From an uncultured Methanosarcinales archaeon (GTDB lineage Archaea > Nanobdellota > Nanobdellia > Woesearchaeales > GW2011-AR9): a DNA stretch of 48,548 nt. Shown here piece after piece: positions 8,231-18,225 of the stretch (position 1 is its first letter; each line of letters begins with the position of its first letter). The notes beneath the pieces were generated by a model. It saw nothing but the letters and a program-made list of their open reading frames with translations. It did not search any database and was not told the origin of the DNA. The position numbers and the translations under genes were made by a program. The stretch covers positions 22,618 to 71,165 of the forward strand of contig CAYOKQ010000001.1 of the NCBI GenBank assembly GCA_964404595.1, written 5' to 3'.

Positions 8231-8605
8231 CTATCCCTGTTTAAATTCCAGCGCTACCGAGTTAATGCAATACCTTTTTCCTGTCGGTTTTGACCCGTCA
8301 TCAAATACATGCCCAAGATGCCCGCCACATTTTTTGCAGAGCACTTCGATTCTGTGCATCCCCAAGGTAGAATCGTCTTTTAACTCTACGTTATTTCTTT
8401 TTGCATCATAAAAACTAGGCCACCCCGAACCAGAATCAAATTTTGTATCTGAGGAAAATAGTTCTGCACCACACGCTATGCAACAATACCTTCCGATCTC
8501 CTTATTGTGCAATAATTTCCCTGTAAACGGCACTTCCGTTCCTTTTTCGCGTAGTACATAGTATTGTTCTTTGGTGAGCTTAGATTTCCAGTCAATTTTG
8601 GTCAT
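8231..8605 (-). CDS. msrB: peptide-methionine (R)-S-oxide reductase
   Basis: Two CxxC pairs (CIACG, CKKCG), [16 protein letters not shown] and RYCINS are present. Confidence 0.92.
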   Translation of the reverse strand: MTKIDWKSKLTKEQYYVLREKGTEVPFTGKLLHNKEIGRYCCIACGAELFSSDTKFDSGSGWPSFYDAKRNNVELKDDSTLGMHRIEVLCKKCGGHLGHVFDDGSKPTGKRYCINSVALEFKQG

Positions 8606-9726
8606 GAAAACACCTTTAATAAGTCGATAATTTTTTTTTCTGTTTTTACTCCAAGCGGTGAAAAATGAGTCCTCACACCTCTATTTTTTTTTAATACTGC
8701 ATCAATCTTAGGAGGCTCTTTTCCATATCGCCTGGCCATCACGTGTAAATCATAAAACCCCACTATATTATTTTGAGATTCCTGATGAAGCAGCTCCAAA
8801 AGTTTACTCTCCTCAGAAAAAAGATTATTCTTAACCATTTTTGCAAGTAAAGATGCATCTCCCAAATCTCCGATCCACAGCGGCCCGGCAAAGACAAAAT
8901 TTTTCCCACAGGTGCATATCTCGTGGTTGAATACCGATGTTTTAAAATTCAGGCAGGCATGACAGAACAGGAAATACTGATGCTGTTTCACCAGTGCATC
9001 GCATTTCTCTTTCCCCCTATCCACCTGTAGATAAAGACGATAGTAATGATCTTTGCTGTAACACAAGAGAGGAGTTAACGCTTTTTCAAATTGAATTGCC
9101 TGGAGCTGAATCTTACGAATGAGAATACGCAGCCCTATCTCGTGCATCAGATAATTTCGTAAGGGCTGCGCCCAGTATTTTCTTCTGGTCACTTTCTCGT
9201 ATGTTCCGGTTAAAGCGGCGGTGTCGGTGGCGGTGATCGCCAGTACGCCGTGGCGGCAGATTCTCGCGATGGCAGCGTCCAGGAAGTGATTGGGAGAACC
9301 AAAGGGATCGATATCAATATAATCAAAGTAGCCGCAGAAATTTTTGACTTTATCTTTATCTTTTACTCTATTGAGCAGAAATAATGAGGCATCATCATTG
9401 AAGATTAAAATAGTTTTAGGATTTATGTGATTTAATTTTATATTTTCTTTCATGATTTTAGGAAATTGTTCTTTCATATCGTTGACAAAAAGATGATTTA
9501 TCTTTCCTTTGCGTAGCTCTTTTATGAACCGCAGGCTGCGAATGCCCGAGCCAGCTAAAGGATCGGCTATATTCATGCCGACATTTGGGATAGAATTAAG
9601 CAGGAGGATGGCAATATTGCGATGCGAGGCCATGACCGGATTGTAAAATACGTCCATCTTTTTATGGACGTCTTTGGGAGGGGGAGTGAGGTTCAAAGTG
9701 ATGGAATGCTCGTTGATGACAGCCAT
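8602..9726 (-). CDS. trm1: tRNA (guanine26-N2)-dimethyltransferase
   Basis: [30 protein letters not shown] and IDIDPFGSP are present, plus a Cys-rich Zn insert. The stop overlaps the msrB start. Confidence 0.88.
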   Translation of the reverse strand: MAVINEHSITLNLTPPPKDVHKKMDVFYNPVMASHRNIAILLLNSIPNVGMNIADPLAGSGIRSLRFIKELRKGKINHLFVNDMKEQFPKIMKENIKLNHINPKTILIFNDDASLFLLNRVKDKDKVKNFCGYFDYIDIDPFGSPNHFLDAAIARICRHGVLAITATDTAALTGTYEKVTRRKYWAQPLRNYLMHEIGLRILIRKIQLQAIQFEKALTPLLCYSKDHYYRLYLQVDRGKEKCDALVKQHQYFLFCHACLNFKTSVFNHEICTCGKNFVFAGPLWIGDLGDASLLAKMVKNNLFSEESKLLELLHQESQNNIVGFYDLHVMARRYGKEPPKIDAVLKKNRGVRTHFSPLGVKTEKKIIDLLKVFS

Positions 9727-9810
9727 AAGTTTACTGGGTAATGAATCGGGTATAAAAATATATCTTTGAAGATAGAAAAGTAATTAAAGCTGGGAATTAT
9801 TCTTAAAATT

Positions 9811-10077
9811 ATGCCTGAAATAGAAATCCCGGATGAATTGGTTCCTAAAATAATGGCTGGAAATTTAGGAATACTCTGCCCGTTAGATAACGGAGAATTA
9901 AAGCTGGGAACAACCATACACCCATACGGCGGTGCATCTCGGGATTATCATTGTAGAGGATGCGGTATAAAATATACTGAAGGCGCTGTTATTCGGGCAG
10001 CTTTAGGTGAACCTCAATTTTTAGAGCAGCAAACACGAAAGTATAGGTCAGAAAGCGGATTAGAAGCATCGTTGTAA
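9811..10077 (+). CDS. hypothetical protein with a possible Zn-ribbon (88 aa)
   Basis: ORF containing CP...HCRGCG. No family recognised. Confidence 0.4.
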   Translation: MPEIEIPDELVPKIMAGNLGILCPLDNGELKLGTTIHPYGGASRDYHCRGCGIKYTEGAVIRAALGEPQFLEQQTRKYRSESGLEASL

Positions 10078-10166
10078 TTAGAAAAATAGATTAGACAGAT
10101 AACCCATATATTATTCGTACGGTATTTCTCTTTCTATGAATACCCATTAATTTTAAAAAGAAACAC

Positions 10167-11972
10167 ATGGTTTGGCAACTAATGGCCATCCGCAAAATTT
10201 TGGTAGCGACCCTCGGGCACGTCGATCATGGCAAAACCTCCTTACTCGATAAGATCAGAAGAACCGCCGTTGCCAAAGGCGAAGCGGGAGGCATTACTCA
10301 AAATATTGGTGTAAGTATCATTCCTATTGATGTCATCACCAAGATTTGCGGCAAGCTGATGGATGTCTTTAAGGGAAATGTGACCATTCCCGGCTTACTT
10401 CTTATCGATACTCCCGGCCACGCTGCCTTCACCTCCTTGCGCAAACGTGGAGGCTCACTGGCAGATATTGCTATTCTTGTCGTTGACATCAATGAAGGAT
10501 TTAAGCCCCAGACATTGGAATCGATAGAAATTCTGCGCGCAGGCAAAGTGCCTTTTGTGGTGGCCGCCACTAAAATTGACCTCATCCGCGGCTGGAGTTA
10601 CGACCAAAGTAAGACGCTCATTGAAAACATCAATGCCCTTGATTACAAGATCCAAGGTGAATTTGAGCAAAAGATGTATGAGCTCGTCGGAAAATTTGGA
10701 GAGCTGGGACTGCAGGCCGAACGATTTGATCGGGTGTCTGATTACACCAAGCAACTCGCCATCATTCCTTTGTCAGCCATCACCGGACAGGGCATTCCTG
10801 AACTGCTGATGGTCATAACCGGCCTGGCGCAAAAATTTCTGGAACAGGAACTACATATCGATGTAGAAGGCCCGGCCAAGGGAACCATATTAGAAGTGAA
10901 AGAAGAAAAAGGCTTGGGAGTCACACTTGATACGATCATATATAATGGCAGCATCAAAGTAAACGATACGATCGTGATCGGCGGCATTGACGGCGCCATC
11001 GTCACTAAAATAAGGGCCTTGCTCGAGCCAGCGGAACTGTCTGATATGCGTGACAGGAAAAGCAAATTTACTCAAGTTAAGGAAGCATTTGCCGCCACTG
11101 GCGTTAAAATTGCGGCTCCTGGTTTAGAGAAAGCAATTGCCGGCATGCCCTTGCGCAGCTGCTCTCCTGCAGATATCAATATCATTGCAGCAGAAATGCA
11201 GCAAGAAGTAGCAAGTGTGATCGGGGATGAGAGCGGCGAAGAAGGAGTTATCATTAAAGCTGATACCATTGGAGGACTCGAGGCGCTGCAGCATTTACTT
11301 CGTGCAAAAGATATTCCTATTTCTTCTTCATCGTTAGGGGATATCACTAAAAAAGACATATCGCAGTTAGAAAGTTTGCAAGGAAAAGATGAACAGCATG
11401 CCGTGATATTGGGATTCAACGTCAAGATAGGGGTGGAATTGGAAGAGCATATCAAATCAAAAGGGCTGTCGATCATCACCAGTAATATCATCTACCAAAT
11501 CATTGAGGAATATGAAAAGTTTGCAGCTAGTCTGAAACAAAAAGGAGAAATACGCGAACTTGCTACGCTGGTGCGCCCCTGTAAATTTTCTATCCTTAAA
11601 GGATATGTATTTCGGCAAAATAATCCGGCGGTAGTCGGAGTTGAAATTGAGATCGGCAAGATCAAGACGGGAGACCCGATCATGAACACCGAAGGGAAAA
11701 GAATCTCTTTTGTCAAGAGCCTGCAGGAAAATCAGGAAGCGGTCTCGGAAGCTGCGCAGGGAAAACAAGTGGCCTTAGCGATGGATGGAGTAACGGTAGG
11801 AAGGCAGATCAATGAAGGTGATTATCTCTACACTGATATTTCTGAAGAGCAGTTTAAACGATTTAAAGAGCTTAAGAGATATTTGTCAGCTCGGGAGATC
11901 GACGTGCTAAAAGAAGTGGCAGAAATAAAGCGTAAGGAAAGTCCATTGTGGGGGATGGGGGGAGTTGCATGA
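10167..11972 (+). CDS. infB: translation initiation factor aIF5B (IF-2 type GTPase)
   Basis: G1 GHVDHGKTSLLD, G3 DTPGH and G4 ATKID are present, with domain layout and length typical of aIF5B. The true start may be the ATG at 10182 (MAIRKILVATLGHVDHGKT). Confidence 0.93.
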   Translation: MVWQLMAIRKILVATLGHVDHGKTSLLDKIRRTAVAKGEAGGITQNIGVSIIPIDVITKICGKLMDVFKGNVTIPGLLLIDTPGHAAFTSLRKRGGSLADIAILVVDINEGFKPQTLESIEILRAGKVPFVVAATKIDLIRGWSYDQSKTLIENINALDYKIQGEFEQKMYELVGKFGELGLQAERFDRVSDYTKQLAIIPLSAITGQGIPELLMVITGLAQKFLEQELHIDVEGPAKGTILEVKEEKGLGVTLDTIIYNGSIKVNDTIVIGGIDGAIVTKIRALLEPAELSDMRDRKSKFTQVKEAFAATGVKIAAPGLEKAIAGMPLRSCSPADINIIAAEMQQEVASVIGDESGEEGVIIKADTIGGLEALQHLLRAKDIPISSSSLGDITKKDISQLESLQGKDEQHAVILGFNVKIGVELEEHIKSKGLSIITSNIIYQIIEEYEKFAASLKQKGEIRELATLVRPCKFSILKGYVFRQNNPAVVGVEIEIGKIKTGDPIMNTEGKRISFVKSLQENQEAVSEAAQGKQVALAMDGVTVGRQINEGDYLYTDISEEQFKRFKELKRYLSAREIDVLKEVAEIKRKESPLWGMGGVA

Positions 11973-12069
11973 TGGAGCGATGCCTGTTTTCTATTTTCGG
12001 TATGAATGGGTCTATTTTTAGATATTTCCTCCCAAACCTTTTAAAATCGCAGAGAAAATAGCTCTCACA

Positions 12070-12546
12070 ATGCAGCAATTAACCATCCTCAACACCCGGG
12101 AAGTAAAACGAATTAAAGAATTACTTATCGCCCAATTTGGGTATGCATTGCAGCACGATTATGCCTATTTAAGAAATGAGAAAAATAAAATTTATCTTAT
12201 CAATAAGGATGCGGCCAAATTAGATTGGAAAAAATTGATTATCGATAAGATCGGGCTGTATTTTGCCGAAGATCAAGAGACGGAAATAAGATTGAGTAAA
12301 GAAGGGGCACAATTATTAATGCAGGAAGCGAGGAAGAATAAGAAAACGATGCCAAAGGCAGTGGAATTAAATATCGAAGAAACTAAAATGTATTTTCAAG
12401 GGCAAGATTTGGAAAAAGATGTGGGTGCTGGCAATAAGAGTATAATAATACAATATAATGGTGCTATTTTGGGCTGCGCCAAATATAAAGAAGGAAAGAT
12501 TTTGAATTTTCTGCCTAAAACCTACCGTGGAGAAGTTATCGTGTAA
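12070..12546 (+). CDS. NIP7-like / PUA-domain RNA-binding protein (tentative)
   Basis: Size is 158 aa, and the C-terminus IIQYNGAILGCAKYKEGKILNFLPKTYRG resembles the PUA-type end of archaeal Nip7 homologs. The call rests on memory only. Confidence 0.45.
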   Translation: MQQLTILNTREVKRIKELLIAQFGYALQHDYAYLRNEKNKIYLINKDAAKLDWKKLIIDKIGLYFAEDQETEIRLSKEGAQLLMQEARKNKKTMPKAVELNIEETKMYFQGQDLEKDVGAGNKSIIIQYNGAILGCAKYKEGKILNFLPKTYRGEVIV

Positions 12547-12883
12547 GGTTTAATCTTTGATAAAGCTCTTCATATAACCCGTAATTGAGATCGCGTGCTA
12601 AACTAGGTTTGATGATAGTGCCAAACCCCTGATGCACTAATTTAGTCATAAGCAAGTCTAAATCTACGCCCCGTACTTTATCAGCCAAAGAGTCTTTAAT
12701 AACTAACTTTGCATACCAGTGGGGACCAAAAGAATCGGCAGCTTGCTTTAACCCGTAAATCAAACCGCCGCTCCTGCTTCCTACTTTTATAGAAAAATTA
12801 TCCTGAAATGAACCATCGCACAGGAGCGCTGAGTCTAGGCAGACTCTTAAAGTGCAGCTGTCAATGTCGGAATCAAAGGGCAT
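12536..12883 (-). CDS. hypothetical protein
   Basis: The ORF track gives 12536..12934. The first 17 codons are low-complexity (MFLYHKFYIFYMFFYFL), so I prefer the ATG at 12883 (MPFDSDIDS...). No family recognised. Confidence 0.4.
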   Translation of the reverse strand: MPFDSDIDSCTLRVCLDSALLCDGSFQDNFSIKVGSRSGGLIYGLKQAADSFGPHWYAKLVIKDSLADKVRGVDLDLLMTKLVHQGFGTIIKPSLARDLNYGLYEELYQRLNLTR

Positions 12884-13001
12884 CAAAAAGTAAAAAAACA
12901 TATAGAATATATAAAATTTGTGGTAAAGAAACATTGGTGGTTATTACTTTAGAGTAAATAACTACGAAAGATTTATAAGAAGGGGCGGTTTTCGTAATGC
13001 T

Positions 13002-13973
13002 ATGAACAAAATTATTACTTTTACAATCTGGTTGTTATTGTTAGCAACTTGGGCTGCTGCTGATTCGCCAGTGTGGGAGCCGCCGCTGCAGGAAAATTAC
13101 GATATAGATGAAAATGAAACCATTATAATCATAGTACGAGCCACGGATGCAGATGGTGACACACTCAGATTGAGTACGGAAGATTTTGATATAGTTGATC
13201 AGAATGCATCTTTTATTGATAACGGGGATGGAACAGGCACTTTCAGCTGGACTCCCACGCTTGAAGATATGGGAGTATACGAAATTAGTTTCGGGGTCAC
13301 TGACCAGCCAATGGACGTACAACCGCTAACTTGGAACTGGACCTCAACGATGATTACCGTTCATGATGTGAATCCAGATAGCGCCGGTGATGATAATACT
13401 ACAAATACTACTGAAACTCAACCACCACTGAGCGCACAAGAGCAAGAATATGGTGCTTTACAAGCAGAGTTTGATTCTTTAGAAGATGATTATTCACTCT
13501 ATAAGCGGCGATATGAACGGGCTGTGGATGAGGACGATGAGCAAGATATTGATGAATATGAAGAAAATCTTGAAGATGTTGATAATGAATTGGCTGATCT
13601 GGAAGAAGAGGTAGAAAACCTTATTGAAGATGTTGAAGACAGCGATCTGGATAATCGTCTGGAACTGCTTGATAATCTGGAAGAATTAATGGATGACATC
13701 AGCACTGTTCGTGAACGAATTGATGATCTTTTCAACTGGGATGAACCGCAAGATTCAGGAGTTAGCATGAATAATTATAATCCGTTGCCTCAAGTTCAAC
13801 CAGAGCCTCGGCAGGAAGGAACTCGGGTGGTAGTGCAGCCGCTCGATTATGCCGGCAGCAATGCGGCAGACACTCCTGATGATTGGCAGGAAACCAGAAA
13901 GATGGTTTGGATCGGCGCTGGTATAGTTGTTTTGATTGCGGTGATCGTATTTTTGGTCGCCTTGATGCTGTAA
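13002..13973 (+). CDS. secreted, C-terminally membrane-anchored acidic protein with a cadherin/Ig-like domain
   Basis: N-terminal signal-like MNKIITFTIWLLLLATWAAA. DADGDTL...DNGDGTGTFSWTPTLEDMGVYEISFGVTD resembles cadherin-like/He_PIG domains. A long D/E-rich coiled segment follows, and a C-terminal TM helix (VWIGAGIVVLIAVIVFLVALML) ends the protein. Confidence 0.65.
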   Translation: MNKIITFTIWLLLLATWAAADSPVWEPPLQENYDIDENETIIIIVRATDADGDTLRLSTEDFDIVDQNASFIDNGDGTGTFSWTPTLEDMGVYEISFGVTDQPMDVQPLTWNWTSTMITVHDVNPDSAGDDNTTNTTETQPPLSAQEQEYGALQAEFDSLEDDYSLYKRRYERAVDEDDEQDIDEYEENLEDVDNELADLEEEVENLIEDVEDSDLDNRLELLDNLEELMDDISTVRERIDDLFNWDEPQDSGVSMNNYNPLPQVQPEPRQEGTRVVVQPLDYAGSNAADTPDDWQETRKMVWIGAGIVVLIAVIVFLVALML

Positions 13974-14017
13974 GAATATACAAAAGAAATAAATGCGTTC
14001 AGGGGATATCTAATGTA

Positions 14018-14434
14018 ATGGACTTATCCCGCCTTCTGCCTGGAAATGAAGGCTTGCGATTACAAGCCGATTTAAGAATACCTTTAGAAAAAATTAACCA
14101 GCATCAAACACATCACGGCATTCTTAGTGACCGGCTGCGCAATTTACTTGCCAGCAACGGGTATGATCTATATTATCCGTTTTACGTTCGGTTATACCAA
14201 GATAGAAAAGTTACCAATAAAGGCCATCTTTGTATTATGGAATGCGCAATGGAATGCGCACTAATACCCGGAGATTATCTGCCAAAAATACAATGGGAAG
14301 AGGCACAGCGGTTTGTGAAGGATTACATTTACATGGGAATTCTGCCCCATAGCAAACTCTCTAGAACGGGTATTTACACTATCATAGAAGAAGGTGTGAG
14401 CAAAAAAGATTCTACTTCAGCACATCCTCAATAG
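14018..14434 (+). CDS. hypothetical protein (138 aa)
   Basis: The ORF track starts at 13883, which would overlap the previous gene by 91 nt. The in-frame ATG at 14018 (MDLSRLL...) avoids this overlap. Confidence 0.4.
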   Translation: MDLSRLLPGNEGLRLQADLRIPLEKINQHQTHHGILSDRLRNLLASNGYDLYYPFYVRLYQDRKVTNKGHLCIMECAMECALIPGDYLPKIQWEEAQRFVKDYIYMGILPHSKLSRTGIYTIIEEGVSKKDSTSAHPQ

Positions 14435-14636
14435 GCTTCTTCCCTTTCAATTGCTTAGTGCCTTGCTGTTTTGCTTCTGCCACCAAATCAACACCAAGCT
14501 CTTTTAACTCTTTGACGTGCATCTGCATCAGCTGCTCGACAATCTGCAAAATACGCAGCATTTCTTCCCTTTCTTTGGTAAGAACTGCCAAAGATCCTTT
14601 ATGAAACCCCACTTTTTCATCTTTTGATTCAGTCAT
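14412..14636 (-). CDS. hypothetical small coiled-coil protein (74 aa)
   Basis: ORF only, with a helical heptad-like composition. Confidence 0.4.
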   Translation of the reverse strand: MTESKDEKVGFHKGSLAVLTKEREEMLRILQIVEQLMQMHVKELKELGVDLVAEAKQQGTKQLKGKKPIEDVLK

Positions 14637-14655
14637 GGGAGGTTAAATAGAGGAA

Positions 14656-15048
14656 ATGTTTATTAAGGTTTTGGTAATGAATACCATTATGGGGTTACTG
14701 AGCAAGCTCAAGTTCTGGCACAAAGAGGACGAACTGGATTTTGATACATTGGCAGACAAAGAGATGGGCAAAGCATCTTCTGCCAATGATATTGAATTGG
14801 ACCAAAGCCATGGCCTGGAGGAAAAATCCCAATTTAGCGATGAGTCGGAAGCTTTCACCGGGCCTCGTTTTCAAACGTCCAAACTGCAAAATACCTCTTC
14901 ATTCAACCAATCACCGTCAGCCAATCGGGATTTAGAGTTGATTAACAGTAAACTGGATACCTTGAAAGCAATTCTCAGTTCCATGGACCAGCGCATCGCA
15001 CATCTGGAACAAACTACCAATGTTGAGAAAAAACAAAAATTATGGTAA
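14656..15048 (+). CDS. hypothetical protein (130 aa), overlapping the lspA start by 7 nt
   Basis: ORF with a C-terminal coiled-coil-like segment. It appears co-oriented and coupled with lspA. Confidence 0.45.
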   Translation: MFIKVLVMNTIMGLLSKLKFWHKEDELDFDTLADKEMGKASSANDIELDQSHGLEEKSQFSDESEAFTGPRFQTSKLQNTSSFNQSPSANRDLELINSKLDTLKAILSSMDQRIAHLEQTTNVEKKQKLW

Positions 15049-15464
15049 GCAAGAATTGGTTTTGGCTGGCGGCAGGCATAGTTTTATTCCTTGATCAGAT
15101 TTCTAAAAGCATTATTAATTACTTTCAGCCAACTTCGGCCTTTTTTCATGTCGTGCACAATACTGGCGCCGGATTTGGCATTTTACAAAACAACACCTTA
15201 ATACTCGCTGCAATATCATTGCTCGTTGCCTTGGGGACTATTCTTAATTATCGAAAAATACCCGGTTCCTTTTTTCCACAGCTGTCGTGGGGTATTTTTT
15301 TAGGAGGCGTGGTGGGAAATTTAATAGATAGGGCTCTTCGCGGCTATGTGATTGATTTTATCGATCTGCAGATATGGCCGGTGTTTAATATTGCTGATAT
15401 GGCCATTACAGTGAGTGTGATTGGATTGGTGTATTGGTATTGGCGAACTGAAAAAAAAGAGTAG
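15042..15464 (+). CDS. lspA: lipoprotein signal peptidase (signal peptidase II)
   Basis: Four TM segments are present, with [29 protein letters not shown] and FNIADMAI. The catalytic Asp-containing blocks match the LspA family. Confidence 0.85.
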   Translation: MVSKNWFWLAAGIVLFLDQISKSIINYFQPTSAFFHVVHNTGAGFGILQNNTLILAAISLLVALGTILNYRKIPGSFFPQLSWGIFLGGVVGNLIDRALRGYVIDFIDLQIWPVFNIADMAITVSVIGLVYWYWRTEKKE

Positions 15465-15599
15465 CTGAAATTATAAGTATATTCAATTCGTGAACCACTT
15501 AAAGACGAAGAATTCTAGCGAGAAAATGATGCCTTGAGGTCCTGCCTGAATGAGGGATAGAAAGGAAAAATTAATAAATGACTCGCTTATAATAATTTG

Positions 15600-16091
15600 A
15601 TGAACACACAATTGGAAAAAGAGTTAATAAGACTCCAAAAAATTCTTTCTCCATTAAGTAAATTTGTAGAAAAGGAATCCTCTTCCTTCTTCAAAAGTAT
15701 TAGAATTCATGTGAGACTAAAGAATTTAATGATCATTCCAAAGCCTTCTTATTCTATTTTATTATGGGAAATAGAAGTATACTTCTCTCGGGCATTTGGA
15801 CTGTTAAAGAGAAGAGTGTGTGACATCCAAGTAGAACTTACCACAAATGATAACTCTGCTGAAGGTAAGCTTAGGTTTAGCAGAGGATATATTTTAGCCA
15901 AATTTAATGAGAAAATAGCCCAAGAGTCACTTTTAGCGGGAAGTTATGAAAGCGCAGCTCCATATAGACTTGGCAAAACTGCAGAAAATATTTTCTATAA
16001 AGGCAAACTATTGCCAAAATTAAGAGAGTACAAAAGTATTATTTCCCATGAATTTAACATTCCGTTAACTAAAATTGATGTTCATGATTGA
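15600..16091 (+). CDS. hypothetical protein
   Basis: ORF only. I chose the ATG at 15600 rather than the TTG at 15597. The region is low in GC. Confidence 0.35.
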   Translation: MNTQLEKELIRLQKILSPLSKFVEKESSSFFKSIRIHVRLKNLMIIPKPSYSILLWEIEVYFSRAFGLLKRRVCDIQVELTTNDNSAEGKLRFSRGYILAKFNEKIAQESLLAGSYESAAPYRLGKTAENIFYKGKLLPKLREYKSIISHEFNIPLTKIDVHD

Positions 16092-16454
16092 TTTAACTTT
16101 ACTTAAAATTATTCTATCAATAAACTCATTCTCATAATCAATCAAACCTTTATCTTTTATATAACGTAAAAATAAAGCAGTACATTTTTGGCTTCTACTC
16201 TCAACTCCAAACTTTGCAAGAATAGCCAGAGCACAATAATATTGTGAATAAAACCATTCTTCTGGTATTTTGTAGTCCATCCGTTGTTTTTTATATAGTT
16301 CACATAACTGTAAATTTACTTTTGCTTTCTGAACATATTCCTCAGCTTTCTTATCATTTTTATCAACAAAAAGCAGACCTTTATGTTTCTTCCCTTTTTC
16401 TTCATCTTTCTTTGCGAGGGAAAAACATTCGAAAACTTTTGGTTTCATTATCAT
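16065..16454 (-). CDS. HEPN-domain protein (toxin-like partner of the upstream nucleotidyltransferase)
   Basis: The size and helical pattern fit (AEEYVQKAKVNLQ...YSQYYCALAILAKFGVESRSQKCTALFL), and it overlaps an MNT-type gene by 4 nt. The HEPN call rests mainly on this pairing and on general resemblance. Confidence 0.6.
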   Translation of the reverse strand: MIMKPKVFECFSLAKKDEEKGKKHKGLLFVDKNDKKAEEYVQKAKVNLQLCELYKKQRMDYKIPEEWFYSQYYCALAILAKFGVESRSQKCTALFLRYIKDKGLIDYENEFIDRIILSKVKSIMNINFS

Positions 16455-17050
16455 TTTGCCATCCCCCGTATAAATTTAAAAAATTTCTCTTGCCCAAAGA
16501 GGATAATTCCCTTTTTGACCGCATCCATAAAAGCTTTGTTTTGCCTTCTCAATTCAGATTTAAACTCCTCCTCCGTAAAATTAAGGAGGTGGATTTTCTT
16601 TGATTGGGTCTTTTGTATTTCGTCTAAAACACTTTGAATTTTAACAAAATTTTTCTTTTTAGCCATTCCCAGAATATCAATATCATTTGCGTCTTGGGGA
16701 GAATGTAAAACACTGCCATAAAGAATTAAAAAATCAGTGATTCTATCAAGCGCAGCAAAATTAATCTGCCACCGTTTTTGCTTTAAAGCCTCTTCGGTCA
16801 AATAAAGAGATAACATTTTTTCAGCAAGAGGATTATCCCAATTTAGCGTAATTATGGAAGTGTTGGTTTTACCAATTCCCACTGTTTTAACAAGAATATA
16901 TTTACGTTCACCCATTTTTTTAAGAACTTTCCAAATCCCAACCCGGCTTAGACCTAATTCTGTAGCTAAAGTAGTGATAGTGTGCGTACTAGAAAAATCT
17001 TTAAGCAGGTGAAGCAATACTCTTTTAGCTGTTAACTCCCTTGTTACCAT
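16451..17050 (-). CDS. winged-HTH + minimal nucleotidyltransferase (MNT) fusion protein
   Basis: The N-terminus LLKDFSSTHTITTLATELGLSRVGIWKVLKKM is HTH-like. The NTase motif is LYGSVLHSPQDANDIDIL. Confidence 0.7.
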   Translation of the reverse strand: MVTRELTAKRVLLHLLKDFSSTHTITTLATELGLSRVGIWKVLKKMGERKYILVKTVGIGKTNTSIITLNWDNPLAEKMLSLYLTEEALKQKRWQINFAALDRITDFLILYGSVLHSPQDANDIDILGMAKKKNFVKIQSVLDEIQKTQSKKIHLLNFTEEEFKSELRRQNKAFMDAVKKGIILFGQEKFFKFIRGMAK

Positions 17051-17135
17051 GTTATTAATAACTGTTAACCAATAGTTAATATATAAATCTTTCTATTACC
17101 CATTAAACGACCCAAACTATCACCAAGGCCCATCC

Positions 17136-18098
17136 TTATACTAATATTTCTTCCGGCAAGCACTGTTTCTTATGAACCGCAAAAACCCGAAAGGTGTCCG
17201 TATCAGCGATAATGTCATCAAATTTCTCGCGCAGCTGTAAAAATAATTTTCTAAATTCTGCTCTATCACGCGTTTCTGTAGAAAGTACGGCATCCCATTC
17301 CCCGAAGGTTTTGGCAAATTCAATGACCAAAGGATTGTATTTACAAAATTGACGAAGATGATCCTCCTGTTCCTGAGTGATATTCTTATATTTAAGCAAA
17401 ATCAAGTTTGCAGAAATTTTCATCGCCTTAGCATTAAGCAAAAGCCGATACCCGCGCAAAATGTTTTGCTGCTCCAGCCATTTTAATCTAGCCATGATTG
17501 TCTTAGGAGTCGTTTTAAGCTCTAAGGCCAGCTCAATAACTTTCTTCCTGCCTTGGGTGAGCAAGCTAAGAATGTCTTTATTAAGTTGATCGATCTTAAT
17601 TTCATCACGATCCCCTCCAATGATAGTATCGCCTTGCCCCTCTTTGTCTACTAAATAATCGCGCAAATAATAATGTTCAACCACCGTGGTCAAGATAGTC
17701 CAGTCTCTTAACTCCCCATTAATAGATACGAGCTGCTTTAATTTTTTATTGAAGTGGGAGGGATTTCTAGCCAGAAACATGACCATAAGATCATACTTCC
17801 CATCACATTCAATCACTAAAATGATTGTTTCATATGCACATAAAAACGTGATTAACTTTTGAAAATTCTGTTCACTGCGGTATTTTACTTTAAAAAAGAC
17901 GACAAAACTAAGCAGCCCAAAACGGGAATAGTCTATAAGCGGAAAATATCCTTGAATGATCCCTTCTTTGACCAGAGATTTTACTTTATAGCTGATGAGC
18001 TGTTCGCTCATGCGTACTTTTTTACCAATCTCAGTGTATGATTTTCTGTAGTTAGAATCGAGTTCGTAGAGCAGTTTAAGATCTTTCTTTTGCAGCAT
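17136..18098 (-). CDS. tandem (duplicated) Lrp/AsnC-family transcriptional regulator, paralog A
   Basis: Two HTH_AsnC-like units (LLYELDSNYRKSYTEIGKKVRMSEQLISYKVKSLVKEGIIQGY and ILSLLTQGRKKVIELALELKTTPKTIMARLKWLEQQNILRGY) are each followed by a RAM-like segment. Confidence 0.8.
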   Translation of the reverse strand: MLQKKDLKLLYELDSNYRKSYTEIGKKVRMSEQLISYKVKSLVKEGIIQGYFPLIDYSRFGLLSFVVFFKVKYRSEQNFQKLITFLCAYETIILVIECDGKYDLMVMFLARNPSHFNKKLKQLVSINGELRDWTILTTVVEHYYLRDYLVDKEGQGDTIIGGDRDEIKIDQLNKDILSLLTQGRKKVIELALELKTTPKTIMARLKWLEQQNILRGYRLLLNAKAMKISANLILLKYKNITQEQEDHLRQFCKYNPLVIEFAKTFGEWDAVLSTETRDRAEFRKLFLQLREKFDDIIADTDTFRVFAVHKKQCLPEEILV

Positions 18099-18225
18099 CG
18101 TTTGTAAAAGAGGTCGCCCTGCTTTTAAAAGTTATGAATTTGAAAAAAAAGATTGAATAAGGTTTAAGATATTCCACATTGAAGTACTACTTTTAAGGAG
18201 AACCGAAAAAAATGGGCGCGGTGTG

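Noticed and set aside
10298-11768. Multiple 60-139-aa minus- and + strand ORFs inside infB
   Set aside because: All lie within the aIF5B coding region, which has strong motif support. They are shadow ORFs. The same reasoning applies to the internal ORFs in hef, rtcA, the SNF2 gene, GT4, the MFS gene, the SpoIIM-like gene and nop5 (48208..48471).
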